Shown here one piece after another: positions 9,821 to 20,931 of a stretch of DNA of 32,000 nt. The notes beneath the pieces were generated by a model. It was given only the letters and a program-made list of their open reading frames with translations. It ran no database searches and was not told where the DNA came from. The translations under genes were made by a program, and so were the position numbers. This DNA is from Aliivibrio fischeri ES114 (lineage in GTDB: Bacteria; Pseudomonadota; Gammaproteobacteria; Enterobacterales; Vibrionaceae), in assembly GCF_000011805.1 (NCBI RefSeq), contig NC_006840.2. One strand, written 5' to 3'. The first letter of the stretch is position 1; the number at the start of each line of letters is the position of its first letter.

Positions 9821-10988
9821 ATGAAAATAGCCATTGCTGGTACAGGCTATGTTGGTCTATCAAATGCAGTGCTGTTAGCACAACATAATGAAGTGATTGC
9901 AGTTGATATTATGGCTGAAAAGGTTGAGTTGATTAATAATAAAAAATCGCCTATTTCAGATGTAGAGATTGAAGATTTTCTAGTTAACAAGAAACTGAAT
10001 CTTACAGCAACACTAGATAAAGAATTCGCCTATAAAGAGGCTGAATATGTAGTGATTGCAACGCCAACTGATTATGATCCTGTGACAAACTATTTTAATA
10101 CGGGCTCTGTTGAAGCTGTAATTAAAGAAGTTATGGTTATCAATCCTAAAGCGGTAATGGTTATCAAATCGACGGTTCCTGTTGGTTATACTGAGCGTAT
10201 TAAACAAGAATTAAACTGTGAGAATATTATTTTCTCTCCTGAGTTTTTACGTGAAGGTCGTGCTCTTTTTTGATAACTTACATCCATCTCGCATTATTGT
10301 GGGTGAGCAATCTGAACGAGCTCAGGTATTTGCTGATTTATTGGTTGAAGGGGCGATAAAAGAGAACATTGAAGTATTACTGACGAATTCAACTGAAGCT
10401 GAGGCTGTTAAGTTGTTCTCGAATACTTACCTTGCGATGCGTGTTGCTTACTTTAATGAGCTAGATTCTTATGCTGAGGCGCATGGTTTAGACGCTCGTC
10501 AGATTATTGAAGGCGTAGGTTTAGACCCTCGTATTGGTAATCACTACAATAACCCATCATTTGGTTACGGTGGTTACTGTCTACCAAAGGACACTAAGCA
10601 GCTTTTAGCGAATTACCAAGAAGTGCCGAATAATATTATTGGTGCGATTGTGGATGCTAACCGTACTCGTAAAGATTTTGTCGCTGAATCTATCATGAAA
10701 CGTAACCCAAAAGTTGTGGGTATTTATCGTTTAATCATGAAAGCGGGTTCTGATAATTTCCGAGCCTCTTCAATTCAAGGAATTATGAAACGCTTGAAAG
10801 CCAAAGGCATTGAAGTTGTCGTTTATGAGCCAGTATTAAAAGAAGCGGATTTCTTTAATTCTCGTGTGATTGAAGATTTGGCTGAGTTTAAGCAAGTGTC
10901 TGACGTGATTGTTTCAAACCGTATGATGGAAGAGTTATCAGACGTTGAGAGTAAAGTTTACACTCGTGATTTGTTTGGTAGTGACTAA
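9821..10988 (+). pseudogene. ugd: UDP-glucose 6-dehydrogenase interrupted by an apparent +1 frameshift (true frameshift or assembly error)
   Basis: Frame 1 runs [16 protein letters not shown]...[12 protein letters not shown] then stops at 10271-10273. The other frame continues [18 protein letters not shown]...[10 protein letters not shown]. Removing one T from the T6 run at 10266-10271 restores the expected [16 protein letters not shown] junction. Confidence 0.93.
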
Positions 10989-10995
10989 AATCAAG

Positions 10996-11043
10996 GGTGC
11001 TTCGCTGCGAGGACGGACTTCGTCCTATAGGGGCGAGTAAAGA
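10996..11043 (+). repeat. End module, plus orientation
   Basis: GGTGCTTCGCTGCGAGGACGGACTTCGTCCTATAGGGGCGAGTAAGAG. Confidence 0.75.
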
Positions 11044-11055
11044 CTTAAAAGCAAG

Positions 11056-11092
11056 AGCGGACATGACTAATCGGTTGTGTCCGCTTTTTTAT
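11056..11092 (+). terminator. Rho-independent terminator downstream of ugd
   Basis: GCGGACA ... TGTCCGC stem followed by TTTTTT. Confidence 0.8.
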
Positions 11093-11196
11093 TTTTGGTT
11101 TTATAGGAGCGAAGCGGTCTAGTTCCTAGTTAGCGAAGCGTATAGTTTTTAGTCATGCTATATTATTCAAAAATAAATAAGGCAATGGATTGATAC

Positions 11197-12150
11197 ATGA
11201 ACTACGACATCTTCAATGGTGATGCCGATGGCATTATTGCACTTCTTCAACTTCGATTAGCTTACCCTCAAGAATCTGTATTGGTTACAGGTGTTAAACG
11301 TGACATTAATTTAGTAAAGAAAATTGATGTAAAGCCAGAAGATAGTTTAACTATTTTAGATATCTCTATGGAAAAGAACATGGCAGCTCTAGAGGTTGCT
11401 TTGGAGTCTGGCGCGGAAGTGTTTTATGCGGATCATCATAGATGTGGTGATATTCCTGAGAATGAAAATTTATCTGCTCATATCGATTTAGATGCAAATA
11501 CGTGTACAGCATTAATCATTGATAAATTATTGAATGGTCAGTTTCATTACTGGGCAATTACGGCGGCGTATGGTGATAATTTAATTGCTAAAGCCGACGA
11601 GTTAGCTGATACCGCAGGTTTATCTTCTGAGCAAAAATCTCAGCTAAAAGAGCTTGGGATATTAATAAACTATAATGGGTATGGGGCAAAAATCGATGAT
11701 TTGCACTTTGACCCTACTGATTTATATCAAGCATTAAGACAATATTTGTCACCATTTGATGTTATTGAAGATAAAGCATCGCCTTTCTATCAATTACAAA
11801 GTGCTTATCAATCAGATATGAATCATGCATTATCTATAGAGGCTCTGCACAAAAGTGAGAAACTGGCTTTGTTTGAGTTACCAAATACTGCGTGGGCTCG
11901 TCGAATTAGTGGTGTTTATGGTAATCTTTTGGCTAATAGATCACCAAATTCATCGCATGCGGTGATAACGTTGAACGATGATGATACTTATACTGTCTCT
12001 TTACGAGCACCGTTAAATAATAAGCAAGGTGCAGGAGAAATCTGTAGCTCGTTTGCAACTGGTGGTGGTCGAGAGGCTGCTGCTGGAATTAATGCATTGC
12101 CAAAAGAGAAGATCGCTGAGTTTATTCAAGTTGTTGAAGGGAAGTATTAG
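11197..12150 (+). CDS. DHH-family phosphoesterase-like protein
   Basis: MNYDIFNGDADGIIALL, FYADHHRCGD, C-terminal TGGGREAAAGI (DHHA1-like). Confidence 0.8.
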   Translation: MNYDIFNGDADGIIALLQLRLAYPQESVLVTGVKRDINLVKKIDVKPEDSLTILDISMEKNMAALEVALESGAEVFYADHHRCGDIPENENLSAHIDLDANTCTALIIDKLLNGQFHYWAITAAYGDNLIAKADELADTAGLSSEQKSQLKELGILINYNGYGAKIDDLHFDPTDLYQALRQYLSPFDVIEDKASPFYQLQSAYQSDMNHALSIEALHKSEKLALFELPNTAWARRISGVYGNLLANRSPNSSHAVITLNDDDTYTVSLRAPLNNKQGAGEICSSFATGGGREAAAGINALPKEKIAEFIQVVEGKY

Positions 12151-12207
12151 AGCAGGGCGTTGCGCTTCGAGATACGAGGACGCTTTGCTCGAGGGGCGAA
12201 TAACAGC
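12150..12207 (+). repeat. End module starting at the DHH gene stop codon
   Basis: GAGCAGGGCGTTGCGCTTCGAGATACGAGGACGCTTTGCTCGAGGGGCGAATAACAGC. Confidence 0.8.
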
Positions 12208-12272
12208 AAAATCGAGTACCCCTGAAACCTAGTTTTTAGCTATTATCAAATAATTTAAAATAGAGAAATATA

Positions 12273-13280
12273 ATGAATATTTTAGTCACTGGCGGAATGG
12301 GTTACATCGGTAGCCACACATGTGTACAAATGATTGAGGCGGGCTTAACGCCGATCATCTTGGACAACCGATACAATAGTAAAGAAGTCGTACTTGATCG
12401 TATTGAAGCTTTGGTTGGTGTAAAACCTAAATTTTATCAAGGTGATATTCGCGATCCAAAAATCTTAGAAACCATCTTTGCTGAAAATCAAATTGATAGC
12501 GTGATTCACTTTGCTGGTTTGAAAGCCGTTGGTGAGTCTGTTGAAAAACCAATTATGTATTACGATAACAATGTATCGGGTACGTTGGTTTTAGTTGAAG
12601 CGATGCGTAAAGCGGGCGTGAACAGTATTGTATTTAGTTCATCTGCAACGGTTTATGGTGATCCTGCATCAACACCAATTCGTGAAGATTTTCCAACATC
12701 AGCAACGAACCCTTATGGCCGCAGTAAGTTGATGGTAGAAGAGTGTTTAACGGATATCCAAAAAGCACACCCTGAAATGAGTGTAACACTATTACGCTAC
12801 TTTAACCCTGTTGGTTCTCATAAATCAGGAACTATGGGTGAAGACCCTCAAGGTATTCCAAATAACTTGATGCCATTTATTTCTCAAGTGGCTGTTGGTC
12901 GTCGTGAATTCTTATCTGTATTTGGTAATGATTACCCAACGGTTGATGGTACTGGCGTTCGTGATTATATCCATGTGGTTGATTTGGCTGATGGTCATTT
13001 AGCAGCACTAAAATACAAAGGCCAAGAAGCGGGTTTACATATCTATAACCTAGGTACGGGTAATGGTAATAGTGTTCTTCAGATGGTAACGGCATTTGAG
13101 AAAGCTTCTGGTGCGAAAGTTCCATATAAGATTGTCGATCGTCGTCCTGGTGATATTGCAGAATGTTGGGCTGATCCAGCAAAAGCTCGTGAAGAGCTGA
13201 AGTGGGAAGCGAAACTGTCTCTTGATGATATGACTGCGGATACATGGCGTTGGCAGTCGAATAACCCTGAAGGGTATTAG
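12273..13280 (+). CDS. galE: UDP-glucose 4-epimerase
   Basis: [68 protein letters not shown]. Confidence 0.97.
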   Translation: MNILVTGGMGYIGSHTCVQMIEAGLTPIILDNRYNSKEVVLDRIEALVGVKPKFYQGDIRDPKILETIFAENQIDSVIHFAGLKAVGESVEKPIMYYDNNVSGTLVLVEAMRKAGVNSIVFSSSATVYGDPASTPIREDFPTSATNPYGRSKLMVEECLTDIQKAHPEMSVTLLRYFNPVGSHKSGTMGEDPQGIPNNLMPFISQVAVGRREFLSVFGNDYPTVDGTGVRDYIHVVDLADGHLAALKYKGQEAGLHIYNLGTGNGNSVLQMVTAFEKASGAKVPYKIVDRRPGDIAECWADPAKAREELKWEAKLSLDDMTADTWRWQSNNPEGY

Positions 13281-13342
13281 GAGCAGGGCGCTTTGCTTCG
13301 AGATGCGAGGACGGACTTCGTCCTCGAGGGGCGAGTAAGAGC
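13281..13342 (+). repeat. End module directly after the galE stop
   Basis: GAGCAGGGCGCTTTGCTTCGAGATGCGAGGACGGACTTCGTCCTCGAGGGGCGAGTAAGAGC with an 8-bp CGAGGACG/CGTCCTCG hairpin. Confidence 0.85.
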
Positions 13343-13411
13343 GAAAAAGTAAAAGCGAGGTTTCAGGATTCAGATCGGTTGCAGGGTTTAGAGGGGAGCC
13401 TTTTTTATCTT

Positions 13412-13488
13412 CCTGAAACCTGAAACCTGAAACCTGAAACCTGAAACCTGAAACCTGAAACCTGAAACCTGAAACCTGAAACCTGAAA
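13412..13488. repeat. Perfect 7-bp tandem repeat (CCTGAAA), 11 units
   Basis: Direct count of 77 nt of uninterrupted CCTGAAA. Confidence 0.97.
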
Positions 13489-13497
13489 TCTAAGATC

Positions 13498-13534
13498 AAA
13501 AAAGCCCACAGGCTATAAACCTGTGGGCTTTTTT
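13498..13534. terminator. Bidirectional terminator between convergent galE and gpmI
   Basis: A-tract, GCCCACAGG-CTATAAA-CCTGTGGGC perfect 9-bp stem, T-tract. Confidence 0.95.
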
Positions 13535-13556
13535 ATTTCATCGACGATTTAAAGCT

Positions 13557-13604
13557 TTTCCTCGCTCCTTGAGCGAAGCGTCCTCGCCTCTCGTCCCTGC
13601 TCTT
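13557..13604 (-). repeat. End module, minus orientation, just past the gpmI stop
   Basis: CCTCGCTCCTTGAGCGAAGCGTCCTCGCCTCTCGTCCCTGCTC. Confidence 0.85.
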
Positions 13605-13607
13605 TTC

Positions 13608-15140
13608 TTATTTAAAAAGAACTTCACCAGACATTTCAGCAGGAATCGCTGTATCTGTTAGTGCTAGCATCGTTGGAGCTAGGTCAGACAGTTTACCGCC
13701 TTCTTTAAACTCAACCGCTTTGCTACCTACGTAGATTAGAGGTACTGGAAGATTAGTGTGAGCTGTGTGAACGCCGCCTGTTTCAGGGTCGATCATCATT
13801 TCAGCGTTACCGTGGTCAGCAGTGATAAGTAGTTGGCCATCAACTTCTTTGATTGCTTCAACAACTTTACCGATACACTCATCTAGAGATTCAACGGCTT
13901 TAACTGCTGCATCGTATACGCCAGTGTGGCCAACCATGTCACAGTTAGGGAAGTTACAAACGATAGCGTCGTATTTACCAGACTTGATAGCTGCAACTAA
14001 TTTTTCAGTTAGCTCAGGTGCGCTCATTTCAGGTTGTAGATCGTAAGTCGCTACTTTTGGAGAAGCAACTAGTTGACGTTCTTCACCTTCAAACTCATCT
14101 TCGATGCCGCCATTGAAGAAGAAAGTAACGTGTGCGTATTTTTCAGTTTCAGAAATACGTAGTTGAGTTTTACCTTCTTTAGATAACCACTCACCGTATG
14201 TGTTTTCTAGAGAAGCAGGAGCGAATGCACATAGTAGTGGAATATCAGCAGCGTATTGAGTCAACATTACGAAGTCGATTGCTGGGAATACGTTACGAGT
14301 GAAGCCATCAAAAGACGGTACGAAAGTACGAGTGATTTGACGAGCACGGTCAGCACGGTAGTTCATGAAGATAACTGCATCGCCATCAACGATAGCTGCT
14401 GATTCTTCGCCTTCCGCTTTGATTTCTGTTGCTTGAACAAATTCATCGTTCTCTTCACGAGCGTAAGCCGCTTCAAGACCTTCAACTGCTGTTGCAAAAG
14501 TGAATTCTGCTTTTGCTTCAGTCATTAGGTCGTAAGCTTTTTGAACACGTTCCCAGTTGTTGTCACGGTCCATTGCGTAGTAACGACCAACTAGAGAGGC
14601 AATACGGCCTTTACCTAGTTTAGCGAATAGCTCTTGGAAGTTTTTCAGTGAGTTCTCAGCTGAACGTGGTGGTGTATCACGGCCGTCTAGGAAACAGTGT
14701 AGGTAGATTTTCTCTGCGCCACGTGCTGCTGCCATTTCTACTGCTGCGTAGATGTGGTCTTCATGAGAGTGAACGCCACCTGGAGACATAAGACCCATGA
14801 TGTGAACAGCTTTGCCTGCTTTAACTGCTTTGTCGATAGCGTTTACAAGTGTTTCGTTTTGTTGGAACTCACCATCAGAGATAGCTTTAGTGATACGAGT
14901 AAGGTCTTGATATACAACACGACCAGCGCCGATGTTAGTGTGACCTACTTCAGAGTTACCCATTTGACCATCAGGTAGACCAACGTCCATACCAGATGCA
15001 GAAATTAGCGTGTTTGGTTGATTAGCCATTAGGCCATCAAGAACTGGAGTGTTTGCGTTTGTAATTGCGTTATCTGCTTGAGTTTCACGGTGACCGTAAC
15101 CATCAAGAATAACTAGAGCCATAGGCTTCTTAGCTGACAT
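13608..15140 (-). CDS. gpmI: 2,3-bisphosphoglycerate-independent phosphoglycerate mutase
   Basis: [36 protein letters not shown]-like segment ([24 protein letters not shown]), [19 protein letters not shown]. Start moved from 15158 to the likely ATG at 15140. Confidence 0.97.
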   Translation of the reverse strand: MSAKKPMALVILDGYGHRETQADNAITNANTPVLDGLMANQPNTLISASGMDVGLPDGQMGNSEVGHTNIGAGRVVYQDLTRITKAISDGEFQQNETLVNAIDKAVKAGKAVHIMGLMSPGGVHSHEDHIYAAVEMAAARGAEKIYLHCFLDGRDTPPRSAENSLKNFQELFAKLGKGRIASLVGRYYAMDRDNNWERVQKAYDLMTEAKAEFTFATAVEGLEAAYAREENDEFVQATEIKAEGEESAAIVDGDAVIFMNYRADRARQITRTFVPSFDGFTRNVFPAIDFVMLTQYAADIPLLCAFAPASLENTYGEWLSKEGKTQLRISETEKYAHVTFFFNGGIEDEFEGEERQLVASPKVATYDLQPEMSAPELTEKLVAAIKSGKYDAIVCNFPNCDMVGHTGVYDAAVKAVESLDECIGKVVEAIKEVDGQLLITADHGNAEMMIDPETGGVHTAHTNLPVPLIYVGSKAVEFKEGGKLSDLAPTMLALTDTAIPAEMSGEVLFK

Positions 15141-15227
15141 AAAGGTGTTCCTCGTCAATAACTTAATAAATTCGAATAAATAACTTTGTGTAATTTTACT
15201 ACAAAGTTTGAAAATGGGCTAGGGGAA

Positions 15228-15289
15228 GAGCAGGACGCTTCGCTTCGAGTGGCGAGGACGGACTTCGTCCTCAAGGGGCGAGTAAGAGC
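15228..15289 (+). repeat. End module, plus orientation
   Basis: GAGCAGGACGCTTCGCTTCGAGTGGCGAGGACGGACTTCGTCCTCAAGGGGCGAGTAAGAGC. Confidence 0.85.
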
Positions 15290-15325
15290 AAAAATCGAAG
15301 TTTCAGGAAAAGTAGGTCAGAGTTC

Positions 15326-15472
15326 AGATCGCTTCGTTTGCAGAATTCAGAGGTGATAGTGGTGGTTACAGCGATCGCAACACAGTTCCTCCCCTTGATA
15401 GATGCATTGTTGAGATTAGAGATGTTGATATAAGGGGAGGCTAGGAGGGGGTGTTGGTGATGAGCTAGGTTT
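15326..15472 (+). repeat. Arm plus single-hairpin core derivative
   Basis: CAGATCGCTTCGTTTGCAGAATTCAGAGGTG...GTTCCTCCCCTTGATAGAT...GTTGATATAAGGGGAGGCTAGGAGGGGGTG.... Confidence 0.8.
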
Positions 15473-15502
15473 CAGGGGGACTTGCTTTTGATCTTCCTGA
15501 AA

Positions 15503-15554
15503 CCTGCTCTTCCTAGCTCTTCGTGTCTCCTCGCTCCTCGAGTGCAGCGTCCTC
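15503..15554 (-). repeat. End module, minus orientation, overlapping the MATE 3' end
   Basis: CCTGCTCTTCCTAGCTCTTCGTGTCTCCTCGCTCCTCGAGTGCAGCGTCCTC. Confidence 0.75.
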
Positions 15555-16877
15555 AAATCTGATTCTTGTTCTCGCATACCAAAACGCACTAATACCACCC
15601 ATCACATTTCCCATTGCAATCCCGATAAATAATCCTTCCATTCCATAAATTTGGCTGCCAATCCATGCGGTTGGTAATGTAAAAACAAACAACCTCATAA
15701 AACTCCAACTGAAAGAATATAACGGTTTTTTCATTGCATTTAAGCTACTTACTAACACCATAACGATGCCTTGAAAGCCGTAGCTAAATGGAACGCAAAT
15801 AAGGTACATCCACAAACCGTGTTGAACCGCATCGTCTTGGCTAAATAAATGAGAGATTGGAATGCTAAGTGGAACAATCAGAATATAAAGAAAGAGCTGA
15901 AAGGCGACAGAGAACTTAATGGCTAGAAATATTGCTTCTTTGACACGTTCAGGTTGTTTTGCACCTAGGTTCTGAGCCACTAATGGGCTAAGTGATGACG
16001 TTAATGCCATGATAACCAGCAGCATTAATGATTCAACGCGTTGTGCCGCACCATAAGAGGCGACAGCTACGGTCCCTTGGCTCGCAAGCATCATCATTAA
16101 AATAGCCCCCGATATTGGGTTTAGCGCGTTAGATAATGCGGCTGGGGAGCCGATGGTTAAGATCTGTTTCCAATCAGAAATAAGTGTATTTTTATTTGGT
16201 AAAGCAAGCAGTTTTACTTTATGAGTGAGTACATAGAATGAAGCGATAAGAGCACCAAGCCAACTAATCGCACTTGCAATCGCAGCACCTTGAATTCCAA
16301 GCTCAGGGAAGGGGCCATAACCAAAAATAAGCAGTGGATCGAGAATGCCGTTAATTAGCCCTGCTAGCATCATAATTTTTGCTGGGGTTTTGGTGTCACC
16401 TGTGGCTCTAATTGCGCTATTGCTCGACATCGGAATAACGAGCAAAGGTATGGTTAGATACCAAATAGACATGTATTCATCGATAAGAGGAAGTAATTTG
16501 TCTTCAGCACCGAGAAGAGTAAAGAGTGGGTCGATGGTGAAGAACCCGAGAGCACAAGCAATCAGAATTAAACTGATGGCTAAGATTATCCCATGAGTCG
16601 TTAATTCTGCAGCATGTTTGCTATGGCCTTCACCAAGTAAATGACCTATGGATGCTGATAAGCCAACACCAATCCCCATGGTGATGCAGTTTACTGCAAA
16701 GGTGACGGGGAAAGTAAAACTCACTGCAGCTAAAGCATCGGTGCCGAGCAAGGAGATAAAAAAGGTATCCACCAAGTTGAATAGCAGAATGGCAACCATA
16801 CCAAAAACCATAGGCGTCGTGAGTTTACGAAGCACGTCGCTGATAGGTTGAGTTAGTAAACCGTGTTTATCTAGCAT
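15513..16877 (-). CDS. MATE-family multidrug efflux transporter; C-terminus extends into a repeat module
   Basis: LTTPMVFGMVAILLFNLVDTFFISLLGTDALAAVSFTFPV with many hydrophobic helices. Likely start MLDKHGLLTQPI at 16877; the 45-aa track extension translates repeat DNA. Confidence 0.92.
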   Translation of the reverse strand: MLDKHGLLTQPISDVLRKLTTPMVFGMVAILLFNLVDTFFISLLGTDALAAVSFTFPVTFAVNCITMGIGVGLSASIGHLLGEGHSKHAAELTTHGIILAISLILIACALGFFTIDPLFTLLGAEDKLLPLIDEYMSIWYLTIPLLVIPMSSNSAIRATGDTKTPAKIMMLAGLINGILDPLLIFGYGPFPELGIQGAAIASAISWLGALIASFYVLTHKVKLLALPNKNTLISDWKQILTIGSPAALSNALNPISGAILMMMLASQGTVAVASYGAAQRVESLMLLVIMALTSSLSPLVAQNLGAKQPERVKEAIFLAIKFSVAFQLFLYILIVPLSIPISHLFSQDDAVQHGLWMYLICVPFSYGFQGIVMVLVSSLNAMKKPLYSFSWSFMRLFVFTLPTAWIGSQIYGMEGLFIGIAMGNVMGGISAFWYARTRIRFEDAALEERGDTKS

Positions 16878-17071
16878 GGTTTTCTCGTGTGGTGGTGGGA
16901 TGGTTAGTGTATAGGAAATAGGGGTGAGATTCGAGGGATTAGGGACGAGGAAGAGCAAAAGCGAGGTTTCAGGATTCAGGGCGCTGCGCTTATAGGTTTC
17001 AGGGGTACTCACTTTTGAGCTTCCTGAAACCTGAACCCTCTTTTCTTCTTCAAAAAATTAGCGCTAGAGCC

Positions 17072-17100
17072 CTTGCAATCAATCCCCTACATCCCCATTA
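17072..17100 (+). promoter_or_regulatory. Putative heat-shock (sigma-32) promoter of groESL
   Basis: CTTGCAA - 14 nt (TCAATCCCCTACAT) - CCCCATTA, close to the sigma-32 consensus CTTGAAA-N13-15-CCCCATNT, 64 nt upstream of the groES ATG. Confidence 0.85.
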
Positions 17101-17163
17101 ATAAATCAAAGCCAAATTATGGCACCTTATTCTTAAATGGAAAATTATCAGGAGAGACGTCCC

Positions 17164-17454
17164 ATGAATATCCGTCCTTTACATGACCGTGTAATCGTTG
17201 AACGCCAAGAAGTTGAATCAAAATCTGCAGGTGGCATTGTACTAACTGGTTCTGCTGCTGAAAAATCAACTCGCGGTACGGTTTTAGCTGTTGGCAAAGG
17301 TCGTATTTTAGAAAACGGTACGGTTCAGCCTTTAGACGTAAAAGTAGGTGATTCAGTTATTTTTGCTGAAGGTTACGGTACTAAATCTGAAAAGATTGAT
17401 GGTAAAGAAGTTCTGATCATGTCTGAAAATGACATCATGGCTATTGTTGAATAA
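17164..17454 (+). CDS. groS: Co-chaperonin GroES
   Basis: [49 protein letters not shown] at 17164. Confidence 0.98.
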   Translation: MNIRPLHDRVIVERQEVESKSAGGIVLTGSAAEKSTRGTVLAVGKGRILENGTVQPLDVKVGDSVIFAEGYGTKSEKIDGKEVLIMSENDIMAIVE

Positions 17455-17507
17455 TAAGCACTCGTTGAGTAATTCGTTTTTCGAATTTTATTAACTAAAT
17501 AAATTAA

Positions 17508-19178
<1,671 letters not shown>

Positions 19179-19227
19179 TTCATCCCCTGAGCCTATTGTC
19201 TAAATAGACAAACGTTCAAATTGAGAG

Positions 19228-19263
19228 CCGAGGTTAACTTATTCGTAAGTGCCTCGGTTTTTT
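19228..19263 (+). terminator. Terminator after groEL
   Basis: CCGAGG-TTA-ACTTA-TTCG-TAAGT-G-CCTCGG followed by a T-run. Confidence 0.9.
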
Positions 19264-19338
19264 ATGCTTTGAAACTAGAGACTATAAGAGCGAGTATTAT
19301 TGGCGTGGTGATGAACTAGGTTTCAGGGCGCTTCTCTT

Positions 19339-19390
19339 GCAGGTTTCAGAGGTGATCGTGGAAATTACAGCGACCACCTCTGAAACCTGC
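19339..19390. repeat. Coreless (solo) derivative of the outer inverted arms; long hairpin
   Basis: GCAGGTTTCAGAGGTGATCG / CGACCACCTCTGAAACCTGC pair at 19 of 20 positions around a 12-nt loop. Arms match those flanking the 23.8-kb element. Confidence 0.8.
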
Positions 19391-19427
19391 AAGGGAGCTT
19401 GCGACCGATCTGAAACCTGCTCTTAAA

Positions 19428-19466
19428 ACAAAAAAAAACCGCAGATGCTTTCACATCCACGGTTTC
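19428..19466 (-). terminator. tpiA terminator (shared cassette copy 1)
   Basis: On the minus strand GAAACCGTGGATGTGAAAGCATCTGCGGTTTTTTTTT. Nearly identical to the glpX copy. Confidence 0.85.
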
Positions 19467-19533
19467 AAATTATCCACAGAACCAAGTCTTCCTCGCCCCT
19501 AGAGCGATGTATCCTTGTTCCTAGAATTTATAA

Positions 19534-20304
19534 TTAAGCTTTTGCTTCAGCTGCTGCTTTAGCGATAGCTGCAAAGCTTTTCGCATCAAGAGCTGCCCCG
19601 CCAACTAGAGCACCATCGATGTCTGGTTGTGCGAAGTAAGCTGCAGCGTTTTCAGGCTTAACAGAACCGCCGTATTGGATAACAACGTTCTTAGCAACTT
19701 CTTCAGATTTCTCAGCAATGTGAGCACGGATTTGAGCGTGGATGCGTTGTGCATCTTCAGCTGTAGCTGCTTTACCAGTACCGATAGCCCAGATTGGTTC
19801 GTAAGCGATGATTGCGCCGTTTAGAGCATCAACGCCTTGAGTGTTGATAACTGCGTCGATTTGACGTGCACATACTGCAACAGTTTCACCAGCTTCGTTT
19901 TGAGCTTCAGATTCACCGATACAAAGAACAGGAGTAAGACCGTTTTCTTTTAGGAAAGCGAATTTCTTAGCAACGAACTCGTCTGATTCGTTGTGGTATT
20001 CACGACGCTCAGAGTGACCGATGATGATGTGAGTTGCACCGAACTCTTTAAGCATAGCTGGAGACATGTCGCCAGTGAATGCACCGCTGTTGTTTAGATC
20101 AGTGTTTTGAGCACCTAGGATGATTGCGCTACCAGCTTCAGTAAGCGTACGCTCAGCAAGGTCTACAAATAGTGCAGGTGGAGCAACTGCTACGTCTACG
20201 CCTGTAACGCCTTCAAGTTCAGCGTTAAGACCGTTTAGTAGTTCAACAACCATTTCTTTGCTGCCGTTTAGTTTCCAGTTACCCATAACTACAGGATGAC
20301 GCAT
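19534..20304 (-). CDS. tpiA: Triosephosphate isomerase
   Basis: [64 protein letters not shown]. Confidence 0.98.
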   Translation of the reverse strand: MRHPVVMGNWKLNGSKEMVVELLNGLNAELEGVTGVDVAVAPPALFVDLAERTLTEAGSAIILGAQNTDLNNSGAFTGDMSPAMLKEFGATHIIIGHSERREYHNESDEFVAKKFAFLKENGLTPVLCIGESEAQNEAGETVAVCARQIDAVINTQGVDALNGAIIAYEPIWAIGTGKAATAEDAQRIHAQIRAHIAEKSEEVAKNVVIQYGGSVKPENAAAYFAQPDIDGALVGGAALDAKSFAAIAKAAAEAKA

Positions 20305-20572
20305 AGGATTCTCTCCAATTCAAATTAATGTAAAAAACTTGCGTAAAAATATAACAGATTTTGCGACAGATTTAGTGTCTAAAATCATTTTTATACCTCA
20401 TTTTAGTGCTTTTATTTCGGAATGCGAAAAATTATGAGCTGTAATGTAGAAATAAATGGCAGATTTTAAGTGTGATTACTTAGGCACTTTTCTATTGAGG
20501 AGATTGTAACTAATTCACTTTCACTGAATGATGGAAAAGTAATCATTTTGGGTACATTAAAAGGACGTTGTT

Positions 20573-20917
20573 ATGCCGCACTTAGTTATGGAATATTCAA
20601 ATTCAGCAGAAGATAGGCTTAATATGCAGGGCTTATTAGAAGACTTGCATCAAGTGGCTATTGCCTCAGGACTGTTTTCAGCAAAAGATGTGAAATCAAG
20701 AGCGGTAAGAGTGCATTCTTGGCTTGTTGGGAAGCAGGGAAATAGCGTTGACTTCATTCATATTACGTTAGAGCTATTAGAAGGGAGAAGTCCTGAGCAG
20801 AAGAGGGAGTTAAGTCGTGCATTAATGGATGTACTTGCTGAACAAGCCAGTCACATTGATAGCTTAACTATCAACGTGCGTGACATGGAACATGAGAGTT
20901 TTCAAAAAATAGGTTAG
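20573..20917 (+). CDS. 5-carboxymethyl-2-hydroxymuconate delta-isomerase-like protein
   Basis: MPHLVMEYSNSAEDRLNMQGLLEDLHQVAIASGLFSAKDVKSRAVRV; family-typical Pro-2 and MPH(L)VMEYS start. Confidence 0.8.
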   Translation: MPHLVMEYSNSAEDRLNMQGLLEDLHQVAIASGLFSAKDVKSRAVRVHSWLVGKQGNSVDFIHITLELLEGRSPEQKRELSRALMDVLAEQASHIDSLTINVRDMEHESFQKIG

Positions 20918-20931
20918 AGCTTTCGTCTTAC

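Noticed and set aside
10218-10988. Independent gene starting [15 protein letters not shown]
   Set aside because: The first residues are the out-of-frame ugd sequence. The conserved Ugd C-terminal part starts only after the T6 run.
9821-10988. Programmed ribosomal frameshift in ugd
   Set aside because: No evidence for slippery-site plus stimulator architecture and no known precedent in ugd. Mutation or sequencing error is simpler.
13412-13488. Possible CRISPR-like array
   Set aside because: Contiguous 7-bp tandem units with no spacers and no cas genes nearby.
13050-13499. Minus-strand 149-aa ORF with SGFRFQVSGFRFQV periodic peptide
   Set aside because: It is antisense to galE and its periodicity comes only from the CCTGAAA heptamer array. 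No sign of a real protein.
15513-17012. Long N-terminal extension of the MATE ORF (MSTPETYKRSALNPETS...)
   Set aside because: Translates intergenic repeat DNA (CCTGAAACCTGAACC). The membrane protein most likely starts at 16877.
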